DNA of 64,000 nt, taken from the NCBI RefSeq assembly GCF_018350175.1, contig NC_058373.1, forward strand, positions 114,516,001 through 114,580,000, given 5' to 3'. Position 1 is the first letter of the stretch. Each line of letters opens with the position of its first letter. This DNA comes from Felis catus (lineage: Eukaryota). Of the stretch, positions 1 through 13,746 are shown in pieces. The notes under the pieces were generated by a model. The model ran no database searches, had not been told where the DNA came from, and saw only the letters and a list, made by a program, of their open reading frames with translations. Position numbers and translations under genes: made by a program.

Positions 1-1552
1 CTTTACTTGAAGTCCAAGAAAATAGTTTCTTCTCCCCAAACCCAAACACAGATCAGCACATCATAAAGCAACACAGAAATCCCAAAACCCCTTTATTAAG
101 GGGCCAAAGACAACACGTGAGCCAAGGAAAACCCCACCCAGGCCCAGACTGTGTGGCCTACTGCCGTCACTGTCCCCGTAGCCTGTCCACTAGACCCGTC
201 AGAAGTGTGGGAACCGGCAGCCAGCACAGCAGGCCTGTTGGCCAGGTAGCCAGCCAACAAGTCAGCGTGGCCAGCCCGGCTCGAGGGACAGGGCAGCCAG
301 GGGTTCAGCAGCAGGAAGCAGGAAGCAGCAGGCTGGGGAACAGGAATGTGTCTACAGAGAAGTCCAGATTTCCAGAAGGGTGAGAAAGGGCCGCTGCAGG
401 TAGATCTGACCAGGACCCTCCAACTCTGCTGGGACAGGGCAGGACACGGGGAGCTTCTGAGTGAATGTATTCAGAGGCTTCCTTGAAGCTGTGAGATCCA
501 CACCCCTCTATCCCCCAGCACAGGACTTACCCTCAGAAACTGGGCAGTGGGAGAAAAAAGCTGCAGGGAGCAGGGACAGCCAGTGGGCACCACAGCCGCC
601 CCCAAACCTCGGTCCAGAGAAAAACAGTGTCCAGCCCTCACGATGGGGGCACTGAAGCAAAGTGGACCTCTGGTCCAGAGGGGAGGAGAGAGGGAAGGAG
701 ATCAAAGATGTGGCTATTATTATCGCTCAGAGAGGCATTTACCACCTCAGCAAATCTGCTCAACAATCCTATGCTAGAGGAGGAGACTGACGGTCAGAGG
801 GGTTACACAACCTTCCCTGTCACACAGCTAGGCAGAGGCAGAACTGACATTTGAACCGGGGTCTATAGGACACCCAAGCCTGAGCCCTGTCCACTATGCT
901 GGTGCTGAGGCTTCCAGGCAAGCCTTCTACCTTCAGAGTGGCAAGTAATGAGGGATCTGACAGCACCACCCAGCTTTGCCCACCATCCTGCACCAGTCCC
1001 GGGTCTGCTCAGAGCCACGCGGGGACCTGTGCGGCTGTCCTCAGGCAGTCCCTGGGCCTGGATCAGGGAGGTAGCTAAAGGGCAGCCCAGGACACCAGGC
1101 TAAGAATCACACACCCCCCCCACCCCGGCCCAGTGCTCATCCAGCCACGAGAGAAGGTCCTGGGCCTGGTGGCTCCCAAGGGATGCAGAATGGGCTGGGC
1201 AAGTTTTTCTTCTAAGTCTCAGTTTTAGGGAGGTGGAAAGAGGTTTGAACTCCTGTCTCTTTTGGCTTTCTGAACACAAAGCCCATTGAGAGAGACCAGG
1301 AATATAATTAAAAGGACAGCCAAGGCGGGGGTGTGTATGCCAGAGTGTGGGCAACTGGCTTGTTGGGGCTTGGACTGGCCTGATGTCAGCAGCCTCCCCT
1401 ACAGCGGTCCACTGTGGGTGCTCCTGACTCGCGCAGGCTCTAGGATCCCCCGGCCTGTGAGCCAGGAGCCAGATTCGCATGGGGGTCACACGATGAGCTC
1501 CTAATTCAAGGAGCCTTTAGTCTGCCGGGGATGCCAAAAAGTCGTATCAATG

Positions 1553-1763
1553 GGGGCGCCTGGGTGGCTCAGTTGGTTAAGCATCTGACTTTGGCTCAGG
1601 TCATGATCTCACAGTTCACAAGTTCAAGCCCCGGGTTGGGCTCTGTGCTGACAGCTCAGAGCCTGGAACCTGCTTCAGATTCTAACTCCCTCTTTCTCTG
1701 CCCCTCCCCAGCTCGTGCACTCTCTCTCTCTCAAAAATAAACATTAAAAAAAAAAAAAAAAAA
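1553..1763 (+). mobile_element. Can-SINE (felid SINEC type)
   Basis: ggggcgcctgggtggctcag tRNA-like head, (CT)n, A tail; flanking gtatcaat repeats. Confidence 0.93.
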
Positions 1764-1975
1764 CACCTGGTATCAATGACTGTATATTTGCAAACTGAGT
1801 TTAAAGGCATACGGGAAAAGTTTCAGAAGGTGTAAGGCTAAAACAGGGCCCTAACCCGGTCGTGCGTATGTGTGTGTGAGCAGGTGTGTGTACCCACACC
1901 CAACTGCTGCCCTGAGGAAGTCAGTGAATTTTTAAAGCCGAGGAATTTTAATTAGATGAAAAGACTGTAAATGTG

Positions 1976-2087
1976 AAGAGAGATCATATAATTTATCATC
2001 CAAACCAGGGCACTTAAAAACAAAAGGAGGGGCTATTAATAATTACATCAGGGTAACAGGTGCAAACCAAGACATATGGTGGCCCTA
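1976..2087. mobile_element. MER81-like hAT-Blackjack MITE
   Basis: catataatttatcatccaaacc...gctattaataattac...atatggtggcccta matches the recalled MER81 consensus. Confidence 0.7.
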
Positions 2088-5000
2088 CGCACATGTGTGG
2101 GGTCGGGCATGGTCGGGAGGGTGATGCCGCCCAAGCAGAGGAAATCAAAGGGCAAAGTCCTCAGGGACGACACCAGCTCAAACCACTAGAAAATGGCCAT
2201 GGGGCTGGTGCAGGAGGAGGGGAGAGGAAGGCCAGAGGCTGGAGGTCAGCAGGCCGCAGGGGCCTGACGCTCGTGCATGATGTTAGGACGGTTTCTCCTG
2301 AGAACAATGGAAGCCACTGGAGAGCCCTGTTTGATTTCAGCCAAGGGTCGGGGTGAGAATGAGGCGGGTCCAGGAATCAGGTGTTGGTTTACAAATACTA
2401 TGCCCGCACCTTGGAAAGAGACTCCTGGTTTTGGCGTGAACAACAGATCAGAGGCGGACAAGAATGTCAGCAGACACCAATCAGGAGACCATACGAATGT
2501 CCAGGCAAAAGATAAAGGTGACTTGGGGTGGGGTGTGGGGAGGGTGAAGACAGAGAAGCAGGCGGACAAGTACACTTGGGGGTTAGGGACCTCACCGCCA
2601 GATTTTGCACCTGAGCCAAAAGATGCATGGATGGATGGAAGGATGGATAGATGGGCGAAGATGTCATCCACTAAAGCCCAGCTCTCCACCACACTCCCCT
2701 GCCCACCCAGACACCGCAAGCCGCTCACCACGGCTACAAAAGAGGGTCCACAGCCCTCAGCCAGACAGTCTAAGTTGAAGGTCAGAATGGAAGGATCTGA
2801 GAGAGCAGAACGCCCTCCCAAGCCCACTGTCGAGGGCTCTGTCAGTAGCAGCACAATTCAATCCTCCCAACCTCCCTATGAGGTAGGTAGCACCATTAAT
2901 CCCATTTTACAAATGAGAAAGCTCACAAAGTCACTCAAGGTCACATCGAACAGTACACAGAGGAGCCAGAATCCAGGCTGCAGAGCCCCTGCTTCCAACC
3001 ACAAGCTCAGTCAGCCTGGACCTCCGCTCCCTCGACTCCCCTGCCAGCCCAGGCCCAGCAGCAGGCCACGTGCACAAGCCCAGAGTGAGGCTCCTCCCCT
3101 CTCACTGCCCCCCACCCCCAGCCCACCTCACCCCAACCCAGGCAGATCACCCTCCTGGAGTGGGCCCAGCACAGGCAGTGCCTGAAGCTCCCAGCTAGAG
3201 GTGATCTTACTATGTGGTCAGGACGGACAACCTCGGCCTTAGAACAGCCTGAAGGGAACAAGTCCAGGGCCTCCCTCTCCCCTGGAAGCCTCTCCATCGA
3301 AACCCAGAGAAAATCAGGCTGAAATCATTAAGAGCCTCTAAAGAGGAAACTGGAAACTGGGGGGAACGCCAAGGACCTAAACTGGTCTTCCTTTAACGGA
3401 CCAAGCCAGCCTGGGGAATAAGGAAGCAGGAGAGGCCGTGTAGCCCTTGTACCTCGAGTGGCTGGCTGACCCCGGCAATACCACTCCTCGCTTCCTGCAC
3501 ACTTTGCTTCCACCATCTGAGCCGGGGGGCCGGCCCTGCCTGTGCTTCTAGAAGTCTTTCTGGACAGAACCGTAATGGGGGAAGGGCAGGAGAAGTGGTC
3601 ACTACCTTCCCTCAGGAGTTCCAGGATTCCCCCAATGTCCCTGAGAAGGTGTTTGAGCCCAGTCCACCTGGCCCGTGCCGCCTCCCCACCCTCCTTCTAT
3701 CTGTGGATCCCAGTGGCCCTGGGACAGAGCCCACGGCTCACCCTGCTCACGTGGGCCCTGGCTTTCAGAAGGCACATCTGGGGAAGCGCCCTGGTGGGTG
3801 CCCCCCCACCCCACCACCTGTGCACCATGGCTGGTCTCTGCAGGCCTCCCTCGAGGGGCAGAAGGATGCCCCTGTTCCCCCTCTGCCACCACTGGGGCGT
3901 GTTACTCACCTCCTTCCTGTCACCCCACCTCTCTTCATCCCCCACCTTTTCCATGCCTTAGTAGAATGTTTGCAGACACAATGGACACAGGCACTGGAAG
4001 ATCTGAGTTCTAATTCTGTTCCACCACAAGGGAGCGCAGGGCCTCGGGTCTGCCCCTTAAGCCCCACACTCTCACTTCAAAGTCTCCCACTTTATGTGGG
4101 GCCATACCTGCCTCCCAACTGCCCTAATGGGCTCTTGTTAAATCAGATGACACCACCACTGGGAGAGGACTCTGAGAGCAGCAAATGTGAGTTTCCCAAA
4201 TTGACCTAATTATAAAACATGCTGAAAATGCAGATTCCACCCCAACAACGGGCACTCTGGTTCCCGAGTTCTGGGTGGGACCCATGAATCAGAATTTTAA
4301 CAAGTAACAAGCACTCCAAGCGAATCCTATAATCGAGCAAGTTTGGGCAACTCTGGGCTGGGGAAACATGGAGGAAGTCTCTATCACCTCCCCTCCAGTG
4401 TAGAGAAGGACAAGAGGAGTTTGCGGAAAGCCCTCCTTGGCTTTGTGCACACATAAAATCACCACCCTGCCCACACTCGGGGAGCCCACCAGGCACAGGA
4501 CACTAACCTGGGTGGTTTACATCCTCATCCCATTTGGTCCTGGCAATGACCCTACAGGATAGATTGAAAAAGAAAACAAGGCTCAGAGTAAGGACCTGCT
4601 CAAAGTCACAAGACTAAGACGGCAGAGGGCTTCTCTTCGCCCCAGAAGTGCCAACACCGAAGCTGACTCTGCTCAACACCCTGTGGCCCCCACAAGATGG
4701 ACTCTCCTGTGGGGAAGGGGGGCAGGGGAGGAGGGGTTAGAAAGGAGACAGCTGCAGGCAGGACTGCCCCCCTCCCCTCCTCTGAGCCTGGACGTGACCC
4801 GTGCGTGGCTGGTCCCCACCACTCTATCCTGCAGGAGAAAGGGGGGCTCCACTGCCTGGACGTGGAGGCTGCTATTTCCTGTCCCCAAATAGGAGGGAGA
4901 CAGGGATCCTGGAGTCTGCAAACTAGGAAGGTAGGGGGACCCACCTAAGGCACAGTCACACAGCAACTTAACTGGGGGAGAGTTCTGAGCCAGAATGCCT

Positions 5001-5142
5001 GGCACAGAAGTGAGGGGCTCGGGCTGCCCGAGGGTCTGGCAGGTTCGCTGCCATCGGGCAGAGCCCATTTCAGATCTTCTGTCCCCCTTCTCTCTGCCCC
5101 TCCCTTGCTCACTCGCTCTCTCTCAAAAATAAGCGAATAGCT

Positions 5143-5317
5143 GGGCGCCTGGATGGCTCAGTCAGTTAAGCGTCCGACTCGATTTTTGGCTCAGGTTATA
5201 TGATCTTAGGGTGTCATGAGTTTGAGCCCCACATCTGGCTCTGTGCGCTGACCATACGGAGCCTGCTTGGGATTCCCTGTCTTCCTCGCTTCCTGCCCCT
5301 CCCCCGCTCACACCCTC

Positions 5318-5363
<46 letters not shown>
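5143..5363 (+). mobile_element. Can-SINE with (AAAT)n tail, preceded by a 3' SINE fragment at about 5068-5135
   Basis: gggcgcctggatggctcag head; (taaa)n tail at 5318-5363. Confidence 0.9.
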
Positions 5364-5364
<1 letters not shown>

Positions 5365-6013
5365 GAGGGGATAAACAAAACGTGGTGTATACACACAATG
5401 GAATATTAGTCGGATATAAAAAGGAAGGAAATTCTGACACATGCTATCACATGGATGAACCTTGAGGACATTATGCTAAGAGAATGAGCCAGACACAAAA
5501 GGACAAATACTGTCTGACTCCCCTTTGATGAAGTACCTACGGCCGTCAAATTCTCAAAGACGGTAGATGCTGGTTGTCGGGGCTGGGGGAGGAAGGGATG
5601 GGGAGTGAGTGTTTATTTTTTTTTTTAATTTTTTTTTTAACGTTTTTATTTATTTTTGAGACAGAGACAGAGCATGAACGGGGGAGGGGCAGAGAGAGAG
5701 GGAGACACAGAATCGGAAGCAGGCTCCAGGCTCTGAGCCATCAGCCCAGAGCCCGACGCAGGGCTCGAACTCACGGACCGTGAGATCATGACCTGAGCCG
5801 AAGTCGGACGCTTAACCGACTGAGCCACCCAGGCGCCCCTTGGGAGTGAGTGTTTAATGAGTACAGAGTTTCAGTTTGGCCAGATGCCAAGAGTTCTGGA
5901 GACGGACGGCGGTGATGGCTGCACAACAGTGAGAATGCGCTTAATGTCACTGACCTGCACACTTAAAAATGGCAAAAATGATAAATTTCACGTTATATAT
6001 ATTTTACCACAAA
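5364..6013 (+). mobile_element. Old L1 (L1MB-like) 3' end, split by a SINE
   Basis: acaatggaatatt...acatggatgaaccttgaggacattatgctaag...ggtgatggctgcacaacagtg...cacttaaaaatgg are typical L1M 3' motifs, continuous across the SINE. Confidence 0.8.
5616..5839 (-). mobile_element. Young felid Can-SINE with a perfect 15-bp TSD
   Basis: Near-consensus body with CpGs retained; TSD gggagtgagtgttta at 5601-5615 and 5842-5856. Confidence 0.95.
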
Positions 6014-6014
6014 C

Positions 6015-6020
<6 letters not shown>

Positions 6021-6080
<60 letters not shown>
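6021..6080. repeat. Compound microsatellite (TC)15(TA)15
   Basis: Seen directly, at the L1 tail. Confidence 0.95.
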
Positions 6081-6084
<4 letters not shown>

Positions 6085-8837
6085 TAGAGAGATGCAGGTT
6101 AAACATAAACTTGCATGTGGGCATCGGAAAATAACCCTATTACCTGTGGGGAAGCATTTTTTGGGTTGTTTGTTTTTACCGTGAACATGTTACACTTTCC
6201 TAATAAAACCAAAAGAGACCCTGGAGACTTCTCAACAAAACCGTTTCGAATCGTGACCCATTTCGGTGTCTGAGAACTGCCCACTCTACACAATGTTGCA
6301 GGCAATGCCGTCACCTGACTCCTCTCTGCCACCAGAGACAGCCTGCCGGGCGGGACAGGGATGAGCATCACCCCCCTTGAAAGCAGTGAAGGCGGGACTT
6401 GGGGTGGGGGCCAGCAATGACGCACGGGGCCTCCCCAGCCCTCCCCACTTCACGAAAACAGGAGTAGGGAAATGCCCCCAGGGCCAGAGACGATGGGTAA
6501 CTGGTGTGCCCCTCCCTAGGCTCTGACTCTAAGGTGACTCTGGCTTTGGAAGGAAATGAGCCACCCTGCCCTATTTCCCCTTCGAGGAAGGCACAAGGGA
6601 ATGACTGAGCCCAGTCCCTACATGCCCGGCCTTCTCCCCCACGGGACTCTGGTGAAATCACCTCCCATCCTCCACCGCAGGGGGACAGGAAGCTGCAGCG
6701 AAGAGGGAGATGGAGAAAACGTCCACCTGATGGAGGAAGGCGCAGGATGGGGGAGGCACAAAGGACAAGAGGGGCCTTTCCAATTTCTACCCTCAATCCT
6801 GCCATGAAGACACCAGGAGGGATGCAGACTCAGGCTCCAGTCCTGATGTTCCCACTGACTGGCCATGTGGCCTTGCCTCAGTTTCCTCATCTGTAACTTG
6901 AAACGGATGGAATGCTTGTTTTCAGTGGCTCCTTCCTTTCAGCTCTGAAACTGAAGGCTTCCATCTGAGCTTGGTGATGTCCCCGACCCAGGAAAGGGCT
7001 GGGGAAGACAAGACATGGCCTTGGAGCAAGGAGAGCCTCCTCCAGGGACCCATGCCTGGTCTCCCTCCTGGACGCAGCGCTTCTAACGGGAGCACGGGCA
7101 CCCCCACCCTCAGACCACACCGCCCTGCCATTCATTTCATATTTTTTAAGCTCTCACCCTGGGCCAGGGGCCGAGCCAGCACTGGGAAACAGTGGCGAGC
7201 AGCCCAGCCTTCGAGGCACTCACAGCCTCGTGACTGTGTCCACCCCACCCCCTGTCCCCAAGGCCAGCCCTCTGAGGAAGCAGAGCCTGGAACAGTCATC
7301 CGAACAGTAGGCAGAAGGGGAAGCCATACAGGGCCCTGAGAAGTGCACCAAACCAAACTGAGAGCCAGGGAAAGCGTGGTTTGAATCCCGCACCGGCCGT
7401 CAATTTGCTGCGTGACCTTGGACTAGCTTCTTCAGCCCGCTGGGACTCAGTTTCCTGATCTGTCAAGAGAGGCCTGGGACTGGTCTCTGCACGACCTTCC
7501 AGCTCAGACAGCCTGGGCGTCTCTGGGATCCCGGGATCCCAGCAGCACCACTGACCCCGACCATCTGGGTCCCGTGGACTCCAGACAAGCAGAGCTGATG
7601 GTCGGCCAGGCCCAGAGAGTCATGCGGCACCAGGGACAGAGGCTCAGCCCTGCAAAGCCCAGCTGCCAGAGGCCGTCTGAAGGCAAACGTCTGCTATAAC
7701 TTTAGGATCAAATGGGTGTCTCGGCTTTCTCAGAGTTGGAACTGTTTAGCTCGGGACGGGGTCAGAAGACCAGAAGGAAGCTTCGTGCATTCTCGGTGCC
7801 GCACTGCCTAGTAGGGGAAAGTGGCGCCCCTCCCGCCCCATCTCTGCCGGATTTGAACCATAAACACAGCCCTTTTCTGAAGGGAAGGGCTTAACACAAA
7901 CCAGATGTGGTAGGGACTTTCCCCCACCCCCTCCTGGCCCTAAAATTAAACATTCAGTGTCTCCTCTGCCAAAATTCACTTGAAGGCCGAGCCTTAAAGA
8001 GCCAGCACCTCCGGTTCTCACCCTCACACATTCTCAATCACATCCCCGCTTAAACAAAATGTCAAAGTACCCAAATGGCAAGTGTGGATGGGGCGGCCCC
8101 CCAGGAGTGCCTGGCACCCATGCAGGCCAGGGACAGATTTAAAAGGAAAGGTCACTGGAGAAGAAATGCTGATCCTCTATCACTAGCCCAGAAGGTACCA
8201 AAGGTACCTTCCAGGAGTGGTTCCCGCGCCTGGGGATTTGCCCCTGGGGACGGCACAGAGAGGGCTTGCACATGCAGGGGCACTCAGCTCACAGGGAGCA
8301 TCACTCCTGTCCTAGGGGACTCTGGAGATTCCTGGAAGAGTCCATTTCTAGGACTCGAGTTTGCAGTCTCTAGAAATGGGATGAATAACAGGTATCTGAT
8401 TTATCTCTGATCTCATGCAAGGCTGTGCCGGTGCAGACAGAGCCCACCTCAAGAGACCTGGACTCTGCTGGGCTGCCAGGCTGGTCGCTCCCCTGTCCTA
8501 AAAGCTCACCTGGGTCCTACAGATCCTTCCAACCCCAGCCGAAGTCCCAGACCATCCCATCCACCATCCACCTAACCGCCCCCCCACCTGCCCATGCCCC
8601 CTATGCTAGCGCCAAGCCTCAGCACCCAGCACTAATCAGTTGGCCCTACAGAGGCACATCCTGTCTCCACAGCAAGGGGACACATCCATCCCCTGCCCTT
8701 AAGCTCAGGGGACCACATCTTACACCTTCTATGCACTCCACAGCGCCTAGCAGCACATAACACACACTGAGCGTGCTCAGAACAGACGGTTAAATCTCAT
8801 GCAGCTGCCATTACTCAAGCAAAGGACAGGTTACAGC

Positions 8838-8839
8838 AA

Positions 8840-8878
<39 letters not shown>

Positions 8879-8880
8879 AA
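8838..8880. repeat. (AATA)n microsatellite
   Basis: Seen directly. Confidence 0.95.
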
Positions 8881-11800
8881 TTTGGAGAGAGATGGTGCTT
8901 CAGATAGAAATTCCCTGACTTGCTATTAAATTGAATACTATTTTTTCTTAAAAAGTAGTTCATCCTACAACCTCAACATAGTCTTTTTCGTTTCTGCGTA
9001 TTACCTGTTTACACTGGTTTTTATGGTTGCAACTGATTATAATGCATATAGTGTTACTCTAACATTCAACAGTCTATTGGATATTCTATTCCTGTATAAT
9101 CTGTATAAATGTCATTCTAAAGGCTGAAAAAAAATGTCCCACCACTACCATGTATCAGGAAGGTTTGTTAAACTCCTCCCCTAATGTTGCTTAGACACGG
9201 AAGCTTTTTTTTTTCCCCAGATGGCACAGAGCATATTCTTAGGCGTTTCTGTCTCAGTTGGACAGTTTTCTTCAGACAAAATCCTGGAGGCCAGTGGAGC
9301 GGGGGAGGGGGCGGGGGGGGGGCAGTGGAATTACCAGACCAAAGGATATGAACATTTTCACAGCTTTTGCTACATAAATGAGCCACGATGCTAACCCACA
9401 AGTTGCAACAATCCCTAGAGCCTTCAGAAAGGAGTCCATCCACCTGTTCATCTAAAACCTTGCCTTGATTGGATTTTTTTCTCTTTGCAAAACTGTGTCT
9501 CAGTTACACGTATTGCCTGGAAGAGTTCATCACCTCTGGGACTCCAGAATAAGTGCTCTGAGGGTCCTTTTTCTTATACCTTAGCTCTCAGGCCCACCTT
9601 CTCTATACCAACCCTTGTAACCCTAGTCCTTTCTGATGTCAGAGGCATGCTGTGGCCCCCTGAGGCCGGCTCTACCAAACTCAATCTCCCCCCTCAACTT
9701 CTGAGAGTCGTGGTTCCCTTCTACACTGTGCCCCTCCTCCCACGGTACCACATCCCCCCTGAGAAACTGCGGATAGTCAGAGAGGCAGAGGGGGTGGTTC
9801 TTGACCTACAGCCCCCAAAATGACACCCAGGGATGTGGAACTGCCCTGTTAAACTGAGTCTCACGTGCTTTCTCGGCTCCCTGTTGCCTGGGCCTGTCTC
9901 CCTGGGCCAGTTGGAGTCTATGCCAACAAAACACACTGCAGCTGGCTGACCCCCGGACTGAAAAGACCCAGGAGCATGGCAATGAGGAGGCGTCCACAGT
10001 CTAGAGCCAACCCAAACCCCTGTTGTCACGCTGTCTGGATGAAAGCTAGAACCCACACAACAGTACACAGTCAGAATTTGGCTCAACTGAGACTAACAGG
10101 GTCAGAGGTCACTAAGGTGGGACAGGGCGAGGCAGCATATGGGGCGCTGAAAAGCCCTGTCTCCACAGGAAACCAAACAGAGCTGGACGGTCACTAAAGG
10201 ACACAGATGTTTGTGCTGGGTGAGCAGGGAGGGCCACCTGTCTGATAGAAGTGGCCCCTCAGAATGCCCAGGGTGAGAAAAGCATGGCCTCCACCATTAG
10301 CACTGCAAGATTGCTTTAAAGCAGCCTTATTGGCCCTCTTGCTCCAAAGCCAAAAACAATTTACGGTCAGGGAAGCAAGAACAGATTTTCTTTCCTTTCC
10401 TTATTTACTTTCCCTCTAAGTAATAACATGGGTTCAGGGTCCAGAAGAGACACTTGGTTCACATTGTGGGGATACTCCTACCACTCAGACTAGAGCAACG
10501 ATACTCTCCACGTAAGCCTTCCTAGATGTTCTCTAAAAATTAAGTAGGGGGCTTGCTAGAAATGCAGATTCCTGGGCTCTGAGCCCAGAGCATTTGGTTC
10601 GGCAGGTCTGGGCAAGGCTCAGGAGGCTACAGTTCATACATGAAGCCTCAGTGGGCCGTGGACCACCCTTTAGTAAATATGGTATCGGAGTGAAATTCTC
10701 CACTTGGGTGGTAGAGAGTGGACATGCCCACTGGAACCAGAACTGGAAGATGTGGTCACCGGAAGCAGGTGCTCAATTAATACACTGTGGGTAGGACGCC
10801 CTTTGCTGTTGCCCACCTCCCCTCCTCAGAGCAAAGGAACCTCTCCTTCACAGAGCAAAGTTAAGTACATGTTGTTGTCTCCTCAGGAGTCCCTCTCGCC
10901 CTCCCAACGACCATGAGTCTTAATTGGACCAGCCTTTACAGTTCATTGTGGTTTCTGGGTAGGGAGAGACAGAGAGGGTAGAGTGTCTAACAAACCAGAC
11001 AGAACAAATCAATCCCAGCCCATCCACATGGCCACAAGCTGGAGTACCATGAGGCCCTGACAGGGAGCTCTTGACCTAACCAACTCAAACAGCAGCTGAG
11101 ACATTCCAGTGGCTTCCCCCTTCGGTGCCCCGAACACTGAGAATCCCTCCAGTGAATCCCACGGCTCCAAAGTTCTGATCATCCACAGCCCCTGGACATT
11201 GGAAAACAGTCTGCCACTGTGTCGGAGGGGCCGGCCGTAGGACACTCAGCATTAGGGACATCAAGCATACTCTAGGTGCACCTCCAAGACAGCCTGACAG
11301 TCCCACACGTGGGTACGGAGGCTGGGGTGGCTCGAAGAAGCCACCATTGCAGCTCCATCTCGTCTTTCCCCAAGAAACACCTGTGGACCTCCAGGTATGA
11401 TCCCCAACCGAAGTGCACCTGACTCCATACGTCTAGCACTAGGTTAAAATGAAACAAGGGGAGAGCCACAGCTGCAGGAGAAAGGAAGCTTCTGCGCATC
11501 ACCTCTTCCATATTGAAAATGACACAAACATCCAAGTGTGTCACTAGTGTGGGCACAGCACCAGATGCCCCCATGCATTCACCCATGTTGGCATTTGAAG
11601 CCACCTGAGAAATCTTCAGCTGGCTCTTAAGAGTTCCCAGGGACTGAGGCCTCGTTCCCTACCTCAGGTCAAGCCATTTCATGAACAGTCCAGCTTCCTC
11701 TTCCCAGCCCAGCATCGGGGGCATTTCATCAGACACGTCACTGCTCAGGGGACGGTGGAGCTGCCCGGGGACAGAAGTAACCCTGCCGGGTTGAGGAGTG

Positions 11801-13354
11801 CCGGCAACCCCAGTCGAGAGTTCACCAAGGGCCCAGCCGGAGCAGGAAGCGGTCTCTTCCACCCTGAGGCTTCCTCCTACAGATGGAAGTATGGGAGAGG
11901 GTCTCCTGGAATGTTTGGTTCAGAGAAGTGAAGGGGGGAAGTGAGAGCCGGGCGCAGAGCCGGCAGGTTTAGGTTCTGTTCTAGGACTTCTCCCACTTCC
12001 CTTCAGGTTTACCAAGAACGCTGGCTCTTCTGACAAGCCTCACAGACAGACAGGAACTTGCAACAATGTGGTCAACAGCCAGGTCCGGGGGAGGGGGAAC
12101 TTTCCCAGACACGGAGGCTCATGAGCCTTGTGCCCTGCCCCTGAGGTAGTGCCTGGCAGGTGGTAGCTACCGAAGAATCTACTAAGTTGCCAGCGGAGGA
12201 TCATATTTCACATTTTCCTCCCAAATATTTAAGTCCTGACAGTTTTCTGAACCACCTTCTACATATCTAGCACTAGGTTGAAATGTTAACAGGGACTTCA
12301 GGTTAGAAATGTTAAGCCCACAGCCAGGCAGGCCAGTGGCTAAGCTATTCTGGGTCAGAGGAAAATCGGGTGCCCTCCCTGCCAAGCAGGAGGGCACCTA
12401 GGACTAACGGGACCGCCACAGCTCCCACTCCTGCCTGACAAGAGGCAGGAGGTCACTACAGCAGCACCCCAAACCGACACCTCCATGCTCTCAGCGTGGG
12501 AGAATTCCAGGCAATCTCTATTTTCTTCCTTGTACTGTGCTGTATTTTTCACAATAAACATTACGTTCCTTCTTAATTAAAGAAACAGGTTTGTGTATTG
12601 CCGGTGGCATATTAAGTCAGTCCGTCTTAGAAAGGCAACTGATGAATACGTAAAACGGTCATCTCTCTTGACCAATTAACTCAGATCCCAGATATGAACC
12701 TAAAAGGCAAGAAAACGTCCACAGGAAAGGACTACTTATAGAGGCATTACCTAGGATAGCCAAAAACTGGAAACCATGGAGATGTCCAATGCCGGGAGAA
12801 TGAAGAGGAGAGGAGTAGCACCTCACTGAGGAGAGAGGCAGCCAGTAAAGGTGACATGCCAGGCCCAGCCCCGACAGGTAAGCCATTTCCTTCCCGGGGG
12901 GGACCTCACCCCTGCTCTGTGGCCAAGAGCCTGAGGCCAGAAGCACCTTGCTGAGACTCGGAGCAAATCCAAATGTGCTTCCAGAAGACAGCCTTGGCCT
13001 CCACCACCTTCGTTCTGAAAAGGTAGATGCCAGGCCCAGCCCCGACCTCTCATTTTCCTAACAAAATAGCAGCTTTGGTCCTCACATGCCTGGTACCTCA
13101 AACAGTTTTCTTCTCTGTGCAGGCCTCGGAAAACCTCTAACAGATGCAGGGCCCAGGAACCCAGCCCTGGGCAAACAACCGGGAGGGAGGGTCTCCAGTG
13201 ACAAGCAAGGGGTGAGGCCTCGCCTCAGCTGGACCTCTCGAAGCAGTAGGACAAGATTTCATTATTCAGCTTCTCACAGAAATGCCTTCACACAAGTGTG
13301 ATTTAACACCATGCCTTTGGCTCTACTGAGGGTTGATTTAAGAACCAATATGCA

Positions 13355-13746
13355 GGGGCGCCTGGCTGGCTCAGTCAGCGGAGCATGCGACTCTTGATCT
13401 CGGGGTCATAAGTTTGAGCCCCATGCTGGGTGTGAAGATAATTAAAACTAAAAATCTTTTTTTTAATTTTTATTTTTTAGTGTTTATTCATTTTTGATGG
13501 AGAGAGAGAGACAGAGAGAGAGAGAGAAAGAGACAGAGCACAAGCAGGGGAGGGGCAGAGAGAAAGAGGGGGGGGAGACACAGAATCCAAAGCAAGCTCC
13601 ACGTTCTGAGCTGTCAGCACAGAGCCCGACACCTGGCTCGAACCCACAAACCGTGAGATCATGACCTGAGCCGAGGTCGGATGTTTAACTGACTGAGCCA
13701 CCCAGGTGTCCCTAAAAATAAAAACCTTAAAAAAAAAAAAGAAAGA
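13355..13746 (+). mobile_element. Short old Can-SINE (+) with a full Can-SINE (-, about 13457-13712) nested in its tail
   Basis: Outer TSD aagaaccaatatgca at 13340-13354 and 13747-13761; inner antisense SINE head ends at 13712. Confidence 0.92.

Noticed and set aside
2277..3185. 302-aa plus-strand ORF
   Set aside because: Contains a MIR-derived peptide (PYEVGSTINPILQMRKL) and a (GGAT)n-derived stretch; antisense within the intron; no domain.
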